A stretch of DNA of 64,000 nt from an uncultured virus (IMG/VR IMGVR_UViG_3300021400_000789) (IMGVR_UViG_3300021400_000789), one strand, 5' to 3'; shown: positions 8,575-18,295, counted from the first letter of the stretch. A program made the numbers and translations. Notes: a model not told the origin generated them from the sequence alone.

Positions 8575-9102
8575 TTATTGGTGGTTCTTCTCATAGAGTT
8601 TCCGGATATACCGTTTTCCGTCCACCTCGATGATGTCCGACCGCTCCTCCTGAGAGAGCTGGCTGTATGCGTACATGCCGCGCCTATTAGATTCATACTC
8701 CGCCTCGCTGACCACATACACATCACTGACGACGCCATCAGGATCGCTCTGCCTGAACAGCCAGCGCTGCGCTTCCTCGACCTGACGGCACTCCTGCAGT
8801 GTACCGCGTGCAATAATCATCTCCCGGAATTCCGGCTGCCCCGGCCGTCCAATATTCTCATTTGATATTGTCAGGTAGACCATATCGTTCTCACTGACTT
8901 CCGGGCTGCAGGACACGATCTGCGAGATATCAACGTTGAGCGCTTCGCAGAGCCTGTCAATGACCTTGATACTGACCGGTTCGTTCTTCCCCATCTTAGT
9001 GACGGTTCCCCTTGCAAGCCCGACCTTTTCAACCAGGTCCTTCTTTTTCATGCCCTTATCGACCAGCGTCTTCCAGAGCGGGTTGTAATTATACATCTGC
9101 AT
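8575..9102 (-). CDS. Cro/C1-type HTH protein with C-terminal extension
   Basis: YNPLWKTLVDKGMKKKDL..VSIKVIDRLCEALNVDISQIV. Confidence 0.8.
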   Translation of the reverse strand: MQMYNYNPLWKTLVDKGMKKKDLVEKVGLARGTVTKMGKNEPVSIKVIDRLCEALNVDISQIVSCSPEVSENDMVYLTISNENIGRPGQPEFREMIIARGTLQECRQVEEAQRWLFRQSDPDGVVSDVYVVSEAEYESNRRGMYAYSQLSQEERSDIIEVDGKRYIRKLYEKNHQ

Positions 9103-9619
9103 TCCTCCTTATAGTGCATGAAGCGTTTGCCATGGTGACAAGGTCATCCGTCGTGTACGAGTTGAATACGGCAGATACGTCGATGCCGTACAACTGTTGG
9201 TCGAATGGCTTTTTCAATTCCTCGGCGATGTCAGAAAACAGGCACCGGGTAAACTGCGTTGAAAGCCCGACCATGCGGAGGCTGTGGACGATTCCGGTCC
9301 GGGAATCCGCGAATATGATCTGAACGCTGAGCCCCTGCCCGTCTTCCGGATCTTCCAGCGTGCCGAACTTCGACAGGTGCGGTGAGTACGGGGCATCTAC
9401 CCAGTTCAGGCTCCCGAATTTGAAGAGCATCATGAACACGCTCCCCACCTTAGCGTACCGGATATCGATATCCTCATCGAACTGCCTGATCTCTTCCGGT
9501 GTCGGACTGTCAAATAACACATAGAGCAAGCCACCACCGTCGTTGATGTCGAACATGACACGCTCGTTCCCTATCAGATTCTTGTTCACCTTTCCCACCT
9601 GATACATTTCGAAATCCAT
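9089..9619 (-). CDS. Hypothetical protein
   Basis: 176 aa ORF with AAAGGAG RBS, overlapping the neighbouring gene. Confidence 0.7.
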   Translation of the reverse strand: MDFEMYQVGKVNKNLIGNERVMFDINDGGGLLYVLFDSPTPEEIRQFDEDIDIRYAKVGSVFMMLFKFGSLNWVDAPYSPHLSKFGTLEDPEDGQGLSVQIIFADSRTGIVHSLRMVGLSTQFTRCLFSDIAEELKKPFDQQLYGIDVSAVFNSYTTDDLVTMANASCTIRRNADV

Positions 9620-9634
9620 AATTTTCTCCTTTCC

Positions 9635-10144
9635 TCACTCCCATGCACGGGAGAAATCCGCATCCTTGAACAATTCCTGCAGACCGGAGAGCTGCTTCAG
9701 CCTGAGGAGCTCTTCCGCGTCCATACCGATATTTTTCATGATCCATGCGTCCGACATACCTGCGGATGACAGCTCCGCCACGATGTTGACCATGAGATCT
9801 ATGCTGTGCTCGCCCCTTGCCCGGTTGTGGCGTATCGTGCTGGCCATGCGTTCCGTGACCGGCTTATCGATCACGGACACGGGGAGCAGGCCATGCTCAC
9901 GCTCGTAGATGTCCTTGTGCAGGAGCATCGTCGTGTACCGGTGATACCCGTCCACGATTTCATATACATCCTCTTCCGGGATGTAGTAGCAGACTATAGG
10001 CATTGTATAGCCGTCGGACTTGATGGACTGGTAGAGCAGTTTCATTTCGGGCGGGGCAACATGGTTCGGGTTCCATGTGTTCGCCCTGACCTTCTCGATC
10101 GGGACCGCCTGTATGCCGTACACAGGGCTTTTGAATTCTTCCAT
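9635..10144 (-). CDS. ParB/Srx-like protein (IbrB/YbdM-like)
   Basis: NTWNPN, DGYTMPIV, IVDGYHRY and RHNRARG; start re-set to MEEFK behind AAGGAGG. Confidence 0.85.
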   Translation of the reverse strand: MEEFKSPVYGIQAVPIEKVRANTWNPNHVAPPEMKLLYQSIKSDGYTMPIVCYYIPEEDVYEIVDGYHRYTTMLLHKDIYEREHGLLPVSVIDKPVTERMASTIRHNRARGEHSIDLMVNIVAELSSAGMSDAWIMKNIGMDAEELLRLKQLSGLQELFKDADFSRAWE

Positions 10145-10154
10145 AACTGCCTCC

Positions 10155-11456
10155 TTACAGGTTCTTGTATTTCTCGATAGCTGCAGACCTTCGCATCGCC
10201 TCCGCCTTGGTGGGAGCGAAGCCCATGTATTTGCATAGATAATCGTTCTTGATGATGCAGACACACATCCGCTTGTAGGATGGGACATCCTTGAATTTCG
10301 TGACCGCAGCCTCGTCCGGATAATCCTCGAAGGTGCACACGTCCTTGGTCGATGTCTTGCACTTCTTCCCCCGGTTCTCGAACTGAACTCCGGATTCTTC
10401 CAGTTCCCGGATGGTCTCCTCGTCAAGGGCACCGCCCCTGTCGTGCCAGAACTTGATGCTTGTCTTCAGCTTGGCAAGGTAGTTCGCCCTCGTCTCCTCC
10501 GGGAGCGTGTTCAGCAGGAAGAAGCAGTATTCCTTCCATGTGAAGTGTGCCGGCTTTGTGATGTTCTTCCAGCCCATGGCAGTCGTCCCGCCATAGAGGG
10601 ATGCCATATTGACGCCGTTGACCCTTCCGACCATCTTGCCCCAGTTCACCGGGTCGATCACCTTGTAGAGGTGGAGGGAATCCATTGCGCAGTCATTGAA
10701 CGGACTGGCCACCCGCATCTTCGCTACCGGCACGCCTGCCTGATAGTAGAGGTCATACAGCTTGTTATACGGCTTGCCGAACCGGGCATTGTACGTCCAG
10801 ATGTCCGGGGCTGTCCAGTCATACAGCGGATATGCGTTTGCCAGCATATTGCTCTCGGCAAGGATGTAGTTCGTGTCCTTATAGGCGCGCACCTTGTGGT
10901 TGCCCTTGATAGCCCGGAACCGGTTCAGTGATTCGTCGGCGCGGATCCCGATCAGGACTGCGGTCTTCTTCCCGGTATCCTTCTGGAACCATCGCCCGAA
11001 CTCTTCCTGCACGTCATAATCGGCTGTCCCCTTGCGGAATGGGAACGGCACATTGTCCTCGTTGATCACGTACGGATTAACGGGCATCTCACGCACCCAG
11101 AGGTGCTGCGCATCCCTGTCCCATGGAATCCAGTAAGCTCCATCCATACGGCACGCGCACTGGGCGCTGAATGGAAGGCAGAGCCAGAATTTCCGGATGC
11201 CCGGGAACTGGTCAAGGAAACAGTCGGCAACGAAGTCAGTGGTCATCTGGTACTGCGCTTCGTAATCAAGATGGAACATGGCAAGGTCTTCAAGCCGGCC
11301 GTGCTCCGCAGCGTAGTCATACGCCAGGTTCATAAGGACAGAACTATCTTTCCCTCCGGAGAAAGCGACAATGACCTTGTCGAATTCCGAGTAGATGTAC
11401 TCAACCCGTTCTTTTGCGGCTTCGTACACGTTTTTGTTCAGGTACCTTTTTTCCAT
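10155..11456 (-). CDS. PAPS-reductase-fold / DUF3440 protein (IbrA/YbdN-like)
   Basis: PP-loop FSGGKDS, GIRADESLNR, YPLYDW, MRVASPF, PSYKRMC; start re-set to MEKRY. Confidence 0.85.
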   Translation of the reverse strand: MEKRYLNKNVYEAAKERVEYIYSEFDKVIVAFSGGKDSSVLMNLAYDYAAEHGRLEDLAMFHLDYEAQYQMTTDFVADCFLDQFPGIRKFWLCLPFSAQCACRMDGAYWIPWDRDAQHLWVREMPVNPYVINEDNVPFPFRKGTADYDVQEEFGRWFQKDTGKKTAVLIGIRADESLNRFRAIKGNHKVRAYKDTNYILAESNMLANAYPLYDWTAPDIWTYNARFGKPYNKLYDLYYQAGVPVAKMRVASPFNDCAMDSLHLYKVIDPVNWGKMVGRVNGVNMASLYGGTTAMGWKNITKPAHFTWKEYCFFLLNTLPEETRANYLAKLKTSIKFWHDRGGALDEETIRELEESGVQFENRGKKCKTSTKDVCTFEDYPDEAAVTKFKDVPSYKRMCVCIIKNDYLCKYMGFAPTKAEAMRRSAAIEKYKNL

Positions 11457-12834
11457 TGTTCGATCTCCATTTCTTCTCCTTGATCTGATCAACATTCTTC
11501 CGGAACGCATCCGCAAGGTTCTCCTTCCGAAGAAGGTTATCCCGGATGAAGTCGTCGATCGTGCCGGCAGCGCATATGTCGTAGATATGAACCTCATGTT
11601 CCTGCCCGTACCGGTGGACGCGGTCCTCGGCCTGCGCCCTTGTGGCGTAGTCGAAATCGTTATTGTAGAAAATGACGTTATGGCAGAACTGCAGGTTCAG
11701 CCCGTATGCTCCGCACACCTTATTCGCGACAAGGAACTGTGTCCCTTCCCGGAAGAGGGCGCGGTTCTGCTGCCGTTGTTTCGCTGTGCATCGCCCTGTG
11801 AACTCCACACAGCTCCTGTCAAGGCTCCTGAGAAGGTCCATAATCTCTTTAGCCTCGCTCCTGTACTTGACGAATATGATGGCTTTTGAGGAGCCTATCC
11901 CGGTGATTATTTCCGAGAGCGCCTGAATTCTTGGGTTGTCTTCCGGATCCGAAAAAATCTCCTCGGTGGTCATCCTTGCGTCCGCAGCTGATGTGACGAC
12001 CCGGCCGGATGTTACGTGTTGGAGTGCGGTGAAGAATTTGTAGATCGTCTCGCTCCGGAACTCGTCCACGTTCTCCAGGAAGGTGAATTTCGTATCATCA
12101 TAGATACCGCTCTGCTCCATGGACAGCTCAAAGTATTTCACGTGATACCGTTTCTCCGGGAGCGGGATGCATTCCTCCTTCTTTACCTGATAGGTATATG
12201 GTGAGATCTTCTCCGCAAGGTAAGCCGTATTCAGTACCCTGAGGACCTGGTCTGTCTTGTATTCCCCGCCGTTCGGGAGCTTGATGGTGCGGTATTCGAG
12301 ATGGTTGGCCGAAAAGCTGTAGTAGGACTTGTAGCCGAGTATCCGCCAGTCAAGTATGAAGAACTGGCCGAACAGGTCTGCTTCGTTCTTGCTTATCGGC
12401 GTTCCGTTCAATATCAGCTTGTAGGTGCAGTGCCTCGACAGCTCCACGATACGGCTGGAGCGTATGGCGAATGGATTCTTGCACAGCGAGGATTCGTCCA
12501 CTATGAGGAACACTTTGTATCTGTGCACGAGGTCGATGAGCTTCAGGTACAGCCGGCTGGAAGATGATATGGATTCAATGCCCTTGATCACGATCCTGTC
12601 CGGCATCCCTCCGCAGTGATAGATGATATCCTCACGCAGGTTCTTCTTGACGCTGCAGGGGCACAGCCAGAGAACGGCGTTGACCTTTCCCTTGTCCATG
12701 CGCCTGCTGATCAGCTCGAGGGCCGTCCTGGTCTTTCCGGTACCCTGCTCCATGAACAGGGCGCCTACCTTCAAACGCCCAAGTTTCCCGACGGCCGCTA
12801 CCTGATGGGGGAGCAGTGATGTCTCAATCTTCAT
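11401..12834 (-). CDS. SNF2-like superfamily 2 helicase
   Basis: MEQGTGKT, IVDES, LNGTP, YGLNLQ and QAEDRVHRYGQ. Confidence 0.9.
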   Translation of the reverse strand: MKIETSLLPHQVAAVGKLGRLKVGALFMEQGTGKTRTALELISRRMDKGKVNAVLWLCPCSVKKNLREDIIYHCGGMPDRIVIKGIESISSSSRLYLKLIDLVHRYKVFLIVDESSLCKNPFAIRSSRIVELSRHCTYKLILNGTPISKNEADLFGQFFILDWRILGYKSYYSFSANHLEYRTIKLPNGGEYKTDQVLRVLNTAYLAEKISPYTYQVKKEECIPLPEKRYHVKYFELSMEQSGIYDDTKFTFLENVDEFRSETIYKFFTALQHVTSGRVVTSAADARMTTEEIFSDPEDNPRIQALSEIITGIGSSKAIIFVKYRSEAKEIMDLLRSLDRSCVEFTGRCTAKQRQQNRALFREGTQFLVANKVCGAYGLNLQFCHNVIFYNNDFDYATRAQAEDRVHRYGQEHEVHIYDICAAGTIDDFIRDNLLRKENLADAFRKNVDQIKEKKWRSNNGKKVPEQKRVRSRKRTG

Positions 12835-13387
12835 CCAATAAATCCTCCGGTATGTCGATCGTAGTATCGATCACGAGTTCCGTGTCACAGTTGATCGTGA
12901 ACCCGCTCATCAGAAGGTCTCTGGGAACACGACCGAGTGACGTTTCGTAACCGTACCACGCCCCGCCTACATACCTGCAGCAGTTCTCCACGATCCGCCT
13001 GAAATCCCTGTCGCGCTTGTATCTGTAGTAAACGCCGCCATCCATGTGGATAATGTCCACGACACCATCCTTGACCATGGTCTTTGGCGTGTAGACATGC
13101 TTCTCCGGGAACGCCTGCATAAAGTAGACGATGTTGGCCGAACTGAGATATCTTGACTGGCGATCCCTGTCATCGATCCAGAACCTCGCCTGCGTTTCTT
13201 CGAGATATTTCTTAAAGACTTCGGCATAGACAGGTTCGCCGTGCTCGCTCAGGTACTTCAGCGGGACCAGTATGTTCACGCGTATCTTACGTGCCCATTT
13301 GACCTGCTTCGTGCTCCCACTGAGATCAGGGAGCCCCATATCACTTTCAATGCGGCAGATGTCCGCCGGGCTTTCAATGTACAGCAT
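12824..13387 (-). CDS. Hypothetical protein (LxGSxKQVxWA motif)
   Basis: LPDLSGSTKQVKWA..ARFWIDDR; paralogous to the upstream gene. Confidence 0.65.
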   Translation of the reverse strand: MLYIESPADICRIESDMGLPDLSGSTKQVKWARKIRVNILVPLKYLSEHGEPVYAEVFKKYLEETQARFWIDDRDRQSRYLSSANIVYFMQAFPEKHVYTPKTMVKDGVVDIIHMDGGVYYRYKRDRDFRRIVENCCRYVGGAWYGYETSLGRVPRDLLMSGFTINCDTELVIDTTIDIPEDLLDED

Positions 13388-13388
13388 A

Positions 13389-14453
13389 TCAGTCCTCTTC
13401 CGTGAGTTCCGCCAGAAGATCTTCGCTGCAGACGGTATCATCAGCCGGTTTCTCCGGTTCCTTCGGGACGACGACCGCTTTCTCGATTTTGGCCCTTGCC
13501 TGATCAAGCATGGCCTGTGCCTCCGGGATGATGTAAAATCCGTTCTTCCTGGCGCAGTCCTCGATATCGTTGTATCGGTCGACGGATATGTGAAGGGTTC
13601 CGTTCTTATACAGACAGCCCTTCATGCCCCTTACTGCGTAATACAGATCTTCGTTGCGGCCTTCCCATTCGAAAGCGACTTTCTTATCCGTGCTGTCATA
13701 GGGGACGACCCAGCGGGTATGAACCGGCTCGAAATCGGCATTTACCGCTTTCGCCTTGATTCCTTCTGTCGGGAAGCTGACCGCGAATCCCTCACGCAGG
13801 AGTGCGTTGCCGATATCCGCAGCGATATCCTCAGGAGTGCCAACAAGGCTGCTCGCCTTCTTGGTCCAGGCATCGCGCCACTTGCAGAAGTAGCGGTGCA
13901 TGATATCAATGAAATCATTGTCCTTCGGGTACAGGAAGGACACGACCTTCCCATTGATCCTTATTTTGGCCAGCCCTTCATGTCTGCGGTCTTCAGGAGT
14001 CGCAATGAATTCCGGATCCGGATCGGCAGGCTTCTTCCCTTCCTTGTTCTTGATTCTCTTCGCGACCGTGCTAACAATGACGTATTTGCCGTCATCCCTG
14101 TGATCGATCCAGAAGCGGGCATCGGTGATGGAGTACATCTCCTGGAGCACCTGCGACATCGGCTCCTTGTCCGGGCTGCCGTCCGACATCCTTCCGTATT
14201 CATCCTCGATCATGCGGATGGCGTACATGCGGAGCTTGTCTGCCCAAGCCACCTGCCTGTCCGTTCCGGAAAGGGCGGGAAGATCACGCTCGGCATTGAA
14301 TTCCGCGATGACCTTCCTCAGCTCCGCCTCTTCACAATCCGGACAGTTCCCTTTCGCCAGCTGTTCGAGACGCCATTCCCTGTCACTGGTCTTGCCGAAG
14401 AGCTCGACCGTGCCGGTATGGCCGCATTTGTATTCCACTGTATATTTTGCCAT
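13389..14453 (-). CDS. Hypothetical protein (CGH..CPDC Zn motif, LSGTDRQVAWA)
   Basis: Start MAKYTV with AAGGAG RBS; shares ARFWIDxR with the downstream gene. Confidence 0.75.
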   Translation of the reverse strand: MAKYTVEYKCGHTGTVELFGKTSDREWRLEQLAKGNCPDCEEAELRKVIAEFNAERDLPALSGTDRQVAWADKLRMYAIRMIEDEYGRMSDGSPDKEPMSQVLQEMYSITDARFWIDHRDDGKYVIVSTVAKRIKNKEGKKPADPDPEFIATPEDRRHEGLAKIRINGKVVSFLYPKDNDFIDIMHRYFCKWRDAWTKKASSLVGTPEDIAADIGNALLREGFAVSFPTEGIKAKAVNADFEPVHTRWVVPYDSTDKKVAFEWEGRNEDLYYAVRGMKGCLYKNGTLHISVDRYNDIEDCARKNGFYIIPEAQAMLDQARAKIEKAVVVPKEPEKPADDTVCSEDLLAELTEED

Positions 14454-14457
14454 GATC

Positions 14458-14754
14458 TTACTCCTTGATAAGTTCCAATATCTTTTCGATGTACACCATA
14501 TCATGTGAATACTGGCATTCCGGAAGGTTGGCGTCATGGTGTTCATCCCATGATTCCATCCAAATGTCGGAAGCCGTTTTCTTGTCGATGCCTTCGAAGG
14601 TCATCTTTGCAAGACGGTTGTGCAGTTTCGACCATGATTGCTCAGAATAGTGCTCCTGAGCTTCCGAGTTGAAAAATCCCGGATTGAATGTCTCATCTGG
14701 TGAATTCTGCATAGCCGCCCTCAGGTTTATCAGCTGCGTTCTTGTTGTTTTCAT
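14458..14754 (-). CDS. Hypothetical protein
   Basis: MKTTRTQ start behind GGAGG. Confidence 0.6.
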   Translation of the reverse strand: MKTTRTQLINLRAAMQNSPDETFNPGFFNSEAQEHYSEQSWSKLHNRLAKMTFEGIDKKTASDIWMESWDEHHDANLPECQYSHDMVYIEKILELIKE

Positions 14755-14880
14755 TTTGAACCTCCACTTTGAATAAATGTTGTTATCATTATGAATCTTT
14801 CTGTTCATTGACTTTCTCAGGAAGATAAGCCTCACCGCCCCGGCGGGCGGCTGCCACTTGTTTTCTGACCTGCCTGACTG

Positions 14881-15381
14881 TCATAAGGAGCACACCCCCT
14901 CACTGATCATCGTGTGCCGGCACGCGTGCGGCGTGATGGGCCTTCCGATCGTCTTCTTGCAGATACTTTTGAAATATTTCCGATAGTTGTCATAGTGCAG
15001 ATAGCCGCCGTCTTCGTCCGGAAAAAACAGCTTCGACGGCGCGTCGAGGCAGAGCTTCTGCATGCGCATATACTTGCGTATATCACTGATCACTGCGGCG
15101 AGTTCCGGCTGGATGCAGACATCCCGGACGCTGCCGGCTGTCTTCGGCGTGCTGACCTTGTGGGTGGCAAGGGAATACGTCTTTGAGACGTGGATATATT
15201 CATCGTCTATATCCTTGTCATCGAGGGCGACGAGCTCTCCGATCCGGAGGCCGGAGAGGCAGAGGAACCGGGTGAGCAGCGCCCATCTCTGCACCTCCAT
15301 GGCCTCGAGTACAGCGGTCAGCTCCTCGTGTTCCATATACTTGTCCTGTATCAGTTCCCCCTGGCTCTTATTTTTTCCCAT
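14881..15381 (-). pseudogene. Truncated tyrosine integrase core (no N-terminal domains, no catalytic Tyr)
   Basis: GLRIGE, TPKT and HACRH are present; the ORF stops about 10 aa after HACRH. Confidence 0.75.
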
Positions 15382-15474
15382 TTTTATCCTTTCTGCCCTC
15401 GTAACCTCCGGGGCGGGTATGAATTCCATTTCGTTCTCCTTTTGAATACTTCCGTTCATTTACTTTCTATGCAA

Positions 15475-15503
15475 ATGGTATCAAACTGTGGTTGCAATGT
15501 CAA
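15475..15503 (-). promoter_or_regulatory. Sigma70-type promoter
   Basis: TTGACA-17 nt-TACCAT with TG extension on the minus strand. Confidence 0.65.
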
Positions 15504-15674
15504 CAAAAATACTATAAATATAGGATTTAATACTATTTCGTGATTCGAATTTACGCACTACATTGTCGTTTCGGACACACGCTAAACGGACACAATAACG
15601 TAATACGATATTTTATAACAAAAATCCTTCGGAACCATCGTGTGATGGTAATTTGTAACGGAAGGAGCAATGGC

Positions 15675-15944
15675 ATGATACGTATTTTACTGTCAAAAAA
15701 ACTCGGTGAGCTGCGTCTGACGCAGGCGGATCTGTCCCGCGCGACGGGGATCCGGCCGAACACTATCGGTGAGTTGTACCACGAGATAGCGGAGAGGGTC
15801 AATCTGGAACACCTTGATCTGATCTGTGAGGCCCTCGACTGTGATCTCAACGAACTGATCGTGCGCGAGCCGGATACCGAACCGCATGTGACTCATACAC
15901 GCCAAGGGACAAGGCGCGCCGGGAAGCCGCTGCAACGGCGTTGA
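15675..15944 (+). CDS. Cro/C1-type HTH regulator
   Basis: LTQADLSRATGIRPNTIGELY..LDLICEALDC; AAGGAG RBS. Confidence 0.85.
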   Translation: MIRILLSKKLGELRLTQADLSRATGIRPNTIGELYHEIAERVNLEHLDLICEALDCDLNELIVREPDTEPHVTHTRQGTRRAGKPLQRR

Positions 15945-15963
15945 CAGGCGGGAAGGGGAGGTC

Positions 15964-16449
15964 TTACGGCCTCCCTTTTCTGATTTCACGGAGATTCAGG
16001 TACAGGCTGTCGCGCAGGTATGTGAAATCAAGACCGAAGTCCTTGTATCCCTGGTAGATCGTATCGATGTAGAACTCGCTCGGCGGACCCGGCTTCGCGT
16101 CCTTCCTCATGATATAGACGAGACCTTCGATGAGCTCACCGGTATCAAGACGTGCCGTGATGGTCTTCTTGTGGTAGAAGGTCGGATATCCCTCGTACCT
16201 GTCGAGCATCGCTTCATCGAGCTTGGTGATCTGCCAGATGCCGACCGGGACGAACTCCTTCTTTGCCGGCCGGATCGTCGCGTAGTTCCCGGTCTTGGAA
16301 CCTCTGTAAATGAGCTCCCAGCCATCGAGCCACCCTGAGGCATATGGGACAGCCTGCGGACACCGCTGAGCCATCCTGGCCTTATCCAGATTGCTCCCAT
16401 AGGCAATGTAAAACTTCCGCCTGCCTGCCGATCTCCTTATCCTTGCCAT
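15964..16449 (-). CDS. Gamma-glutamylcyclotransferase (GGCT/AIG2-like) family protein
   Basis: YIAYGSNL, RCP and LDRYEGYP motifs. Confidence 0.85.
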   Translation of the reverse strand: MARIRRSAGRRKFYIAYGSNLDKARMAQRCPQAVPYASGWLDGWELIYRGSKTGNYATIRPAKKEFVPVGIWQITKLDEAMLDRYEGYPTFYHKKTITARLDTGELIEGLVYIMRKDAKPGPPSEFYIDTIYQGYKDFGLDFTYLRDSLYLNLREIRKGRP

Positions 16450-16450
16450 A

Positions 16451-16630
16451 TCACACCTCCCTGATACTGTTGACGCTGTACCCGCGTCCATCACATGTAA
16501 GCCATACCGGACGGTTATGCTTGTAGAACCTTCTCTCCGCTTCTGACGGAGATTTTGCCCTGATGATATTCCTCCCGTCCTCGTATCCATCTGAATCGTA
16601 GTATGTCCATGAAAGTTCGTAGCGCTTCAT
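16451..16630 (-). CDS. Small hypothetical protein (59 aa)
   Basis: Manual translation MKRYELSWTYY...SIREV; AAGGAGG RBS; not in the ORF track. Confidence 0.6.
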   Translation of the reverse strand: MKRYELSWTYYDSDGYEDGRNIIRAKSPSEAERRFYKHNRPVWLTCDGRGYSVNSIREV

Positions 16631-16767
16631 ATCGGATCCTCCTTATCCTACCTTCGTTCCATGAATTGTTTCGTCTTCCGGAAGCTCCGGGGCGCTTTCA
16701 CGCCCGGAGTTCATTCCGTATGTGATCAGGTTGCTGATGATCTCCTCGTAGCTCATGTCTTGCCTCC

Positions 16768-17706
16768 TTACGCTGCTTCCGCTCCGGTATCAAGACCTGC
16801 GCTCTTGCGGAGCTCTGCCAGCATGTGCAGTCTGCAGGTCTTGAATTCCTTACCGCTAAGGCCGAGCCTGTGGGTGAGGAGTGTGTGCATCAGGCGTTCC
16901 TTCTGGACTGCCGTATAGTTCTTGGTGGAGCGGAATGAGAAATTGTCTTCGGAAGTGATCGCCCATGCGCTGAGAGCCAGGCAGAACTGGACGTATGCTT
17001 TGATCTTCCCTGCGTGGAGGGTGCTGTTGAAGAGGCGGAACTCGATGGTCCCCTTGGAGAAGAATGCGTGGAGATTGAGGCCGTGATAGCGGGTGGGGTT
17101 GTAGTGCTGGTGGTCAATGCCTGAGCAGTAATTGTCGTTCGCGCGGCTGTACCAGATCTGTTCTGCAGCTGTCCTTGTGATCTCGCCCTCGGCCTTCATC
17201 CTGCGGAAGAGCTTCTTTGATACCGGACGGCACCACCGCTCTTTGCGTTCTCCTACGTTGAGTGCGTCGTAGATCAGATCCTGTCTGCCTACCATGAAGC
17301 CCACCAGCCTGCGGAGGCTCGCTGCGTTGTGGTTGCTGCCGTCGACGTGGATGTGGATCCCGCAGGACTCGTTTACCACCGCGCCTGCCTTGCGGAGCGC
17401 CCGGATGATGTTCTGGTGCGTCTCGATGTCCTTGTAGGAGAGGACCGGTGTCACGAACTCTACACGGTGGTCATCACCTGCGAAGGATCCGTCCGTGTGC
17501 GTCGGAGAGATCGAGCTGTCTCTTTCGATGATCCAGTCACGTCCTTCGCTGTCGCGCACCACGCGCTTGTCGTAGCATCCGTTCGACGGACCTGATATCC
17601 TTGTGCTTCCGAGGGCCTCCGCGACCACCTTGGCTGCCTTGCTCCTTGAGATGCCTGTAAGTTCAACTTCGATTCCGAAACGCTGGTTCTTGATAAGCTC
17701 TGTCAT
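16768..17706 (-). CDS. Putative amidoligase (Amidoligase_2 / COOH-NH2 ligase)
   Basis: FGIEVE, DSSI, EFVTP, SCGIHIHV, RYHGLN and TIEFRLFN. Confidence 0.88.
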   Translation of the reverse strand: MTELIKNQRFGIEVELTGISRSKAAKVVAEALGSTRISGPSNGCYDKRVVRDSEGRDWIIERDSSISPTHTDGSFAGDDHRVEFVTPVLSYKDIETHQNIIRALRKAGAVVNESCGIHIHVDGSNHNAASLRRLVGFMVGRQDLIYDALNVGERKERWCRPVSKKLFRRMKAEGEITRTAAEQIWYSRANDNYCSGIDHQHYNPTRYHGLNLHAFFSKGTIEFRLFNSTLHAGKIKAYVQFCLALSAWAITSEDNFSFRSTKNYTAVQKERLMHTLLTHRLGLSGKEFKTCRLHMLAELRKSAGLDTGAEAA

Positions 17707-17750
17707 GGTTTTGATCTCCTTTTCTTCTGTCCGGTGCCGTCATCACCGGT

Positions 17751-17788
17751 TGATGATTGTTGATGATTGTTGATGATTGTTGATGACT
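17751..17788. repeat. Tandem 10-mer TGATGATTGT x3.8
   Basis: Read directly. Confidence 0.8.
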
Positions 17789-17792
17789 GTGA

Positions 17793-18140
17793 TCACTTAA
17801 CGAGAAGCTTGATAGCCGGGACATCTGCGTAATCGTCTGCGCCCAGTTCAATGTAGGTCGCCTTGGCTGTGGTCATCTTCGTGACCTTGCATCCGGCTGC
17901 CTCGAACCCTGCGAGTATCCTCATCAGTGCGGTGGACTGTTCGCTTACGGAGAACTCCTTGATGCCGAGCCTCCTGAGGTCGTCTACGATATCTTCGAAT
18001 CTGTCTGACATGAAGACGTCCGCGAAGTCCAGACGCTTGCATCCGGATTCTCTTGAGTGTCTGTAGGCGTCGTACACGCTAATGGCTACGCTCATTGCCT
18101 TGCCTTCCATGATGGCTTCCAGTTCGTTGATCTTCTTCAT
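17793..18140 (-). CDS. Hypothetical phage protein
   Basis: AAGGAGG RBS; GIKEFSVSEQST motif. Confidence 0.7.
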   Translation of the reverse strand: MKKINELEAIMEGKAMSVAISVYDAYRHSRESGCKRLDFADVFMSDRFEDIVDDLRRLGIKEFSVSEQSTALMRILAGFEAAGCKVTKMTTAKATYIELGADDYADVPAIKLLVK

Positions 18141-18185
18141 TTTTGTTACCTCCTTCGAATGTATGTTTGCTTTGTTTATGTGCTT

Positions 18186-18295
18186 AGTGTATCACTCCCA
18201 TGGGTGATGTCAATGGTGGATTAACAAAAAATACTATAAATGTAGGAAAAAATACTATAAAAATAGTTGCAAGAAGGGAGCGGGAGTGATACTAT
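18186..18295. promoter_or_regulatory. Divergent sigma70-type promoters
   Basis: Minus strand: TTGACA-16-TACACT with TG. Plus strand: TTGCAA(18267)-17-TACTAT(18290) with TG. AT-rich repeats lie between them. Confidence 0.65.

Noticed and set aside
9635..11456. Complete Dnd/Ssp phosphorothioation system
   Set aside because: Only the PP-loop and ParB-like genes are present; no cysteine desulfurase, DndD or DndE is recognisable in the window.
13272..14468. 398-aa plus-strand ORF
   Set aside because: Antisense shadow of RBS-supported minus-strand genes; no motifs.
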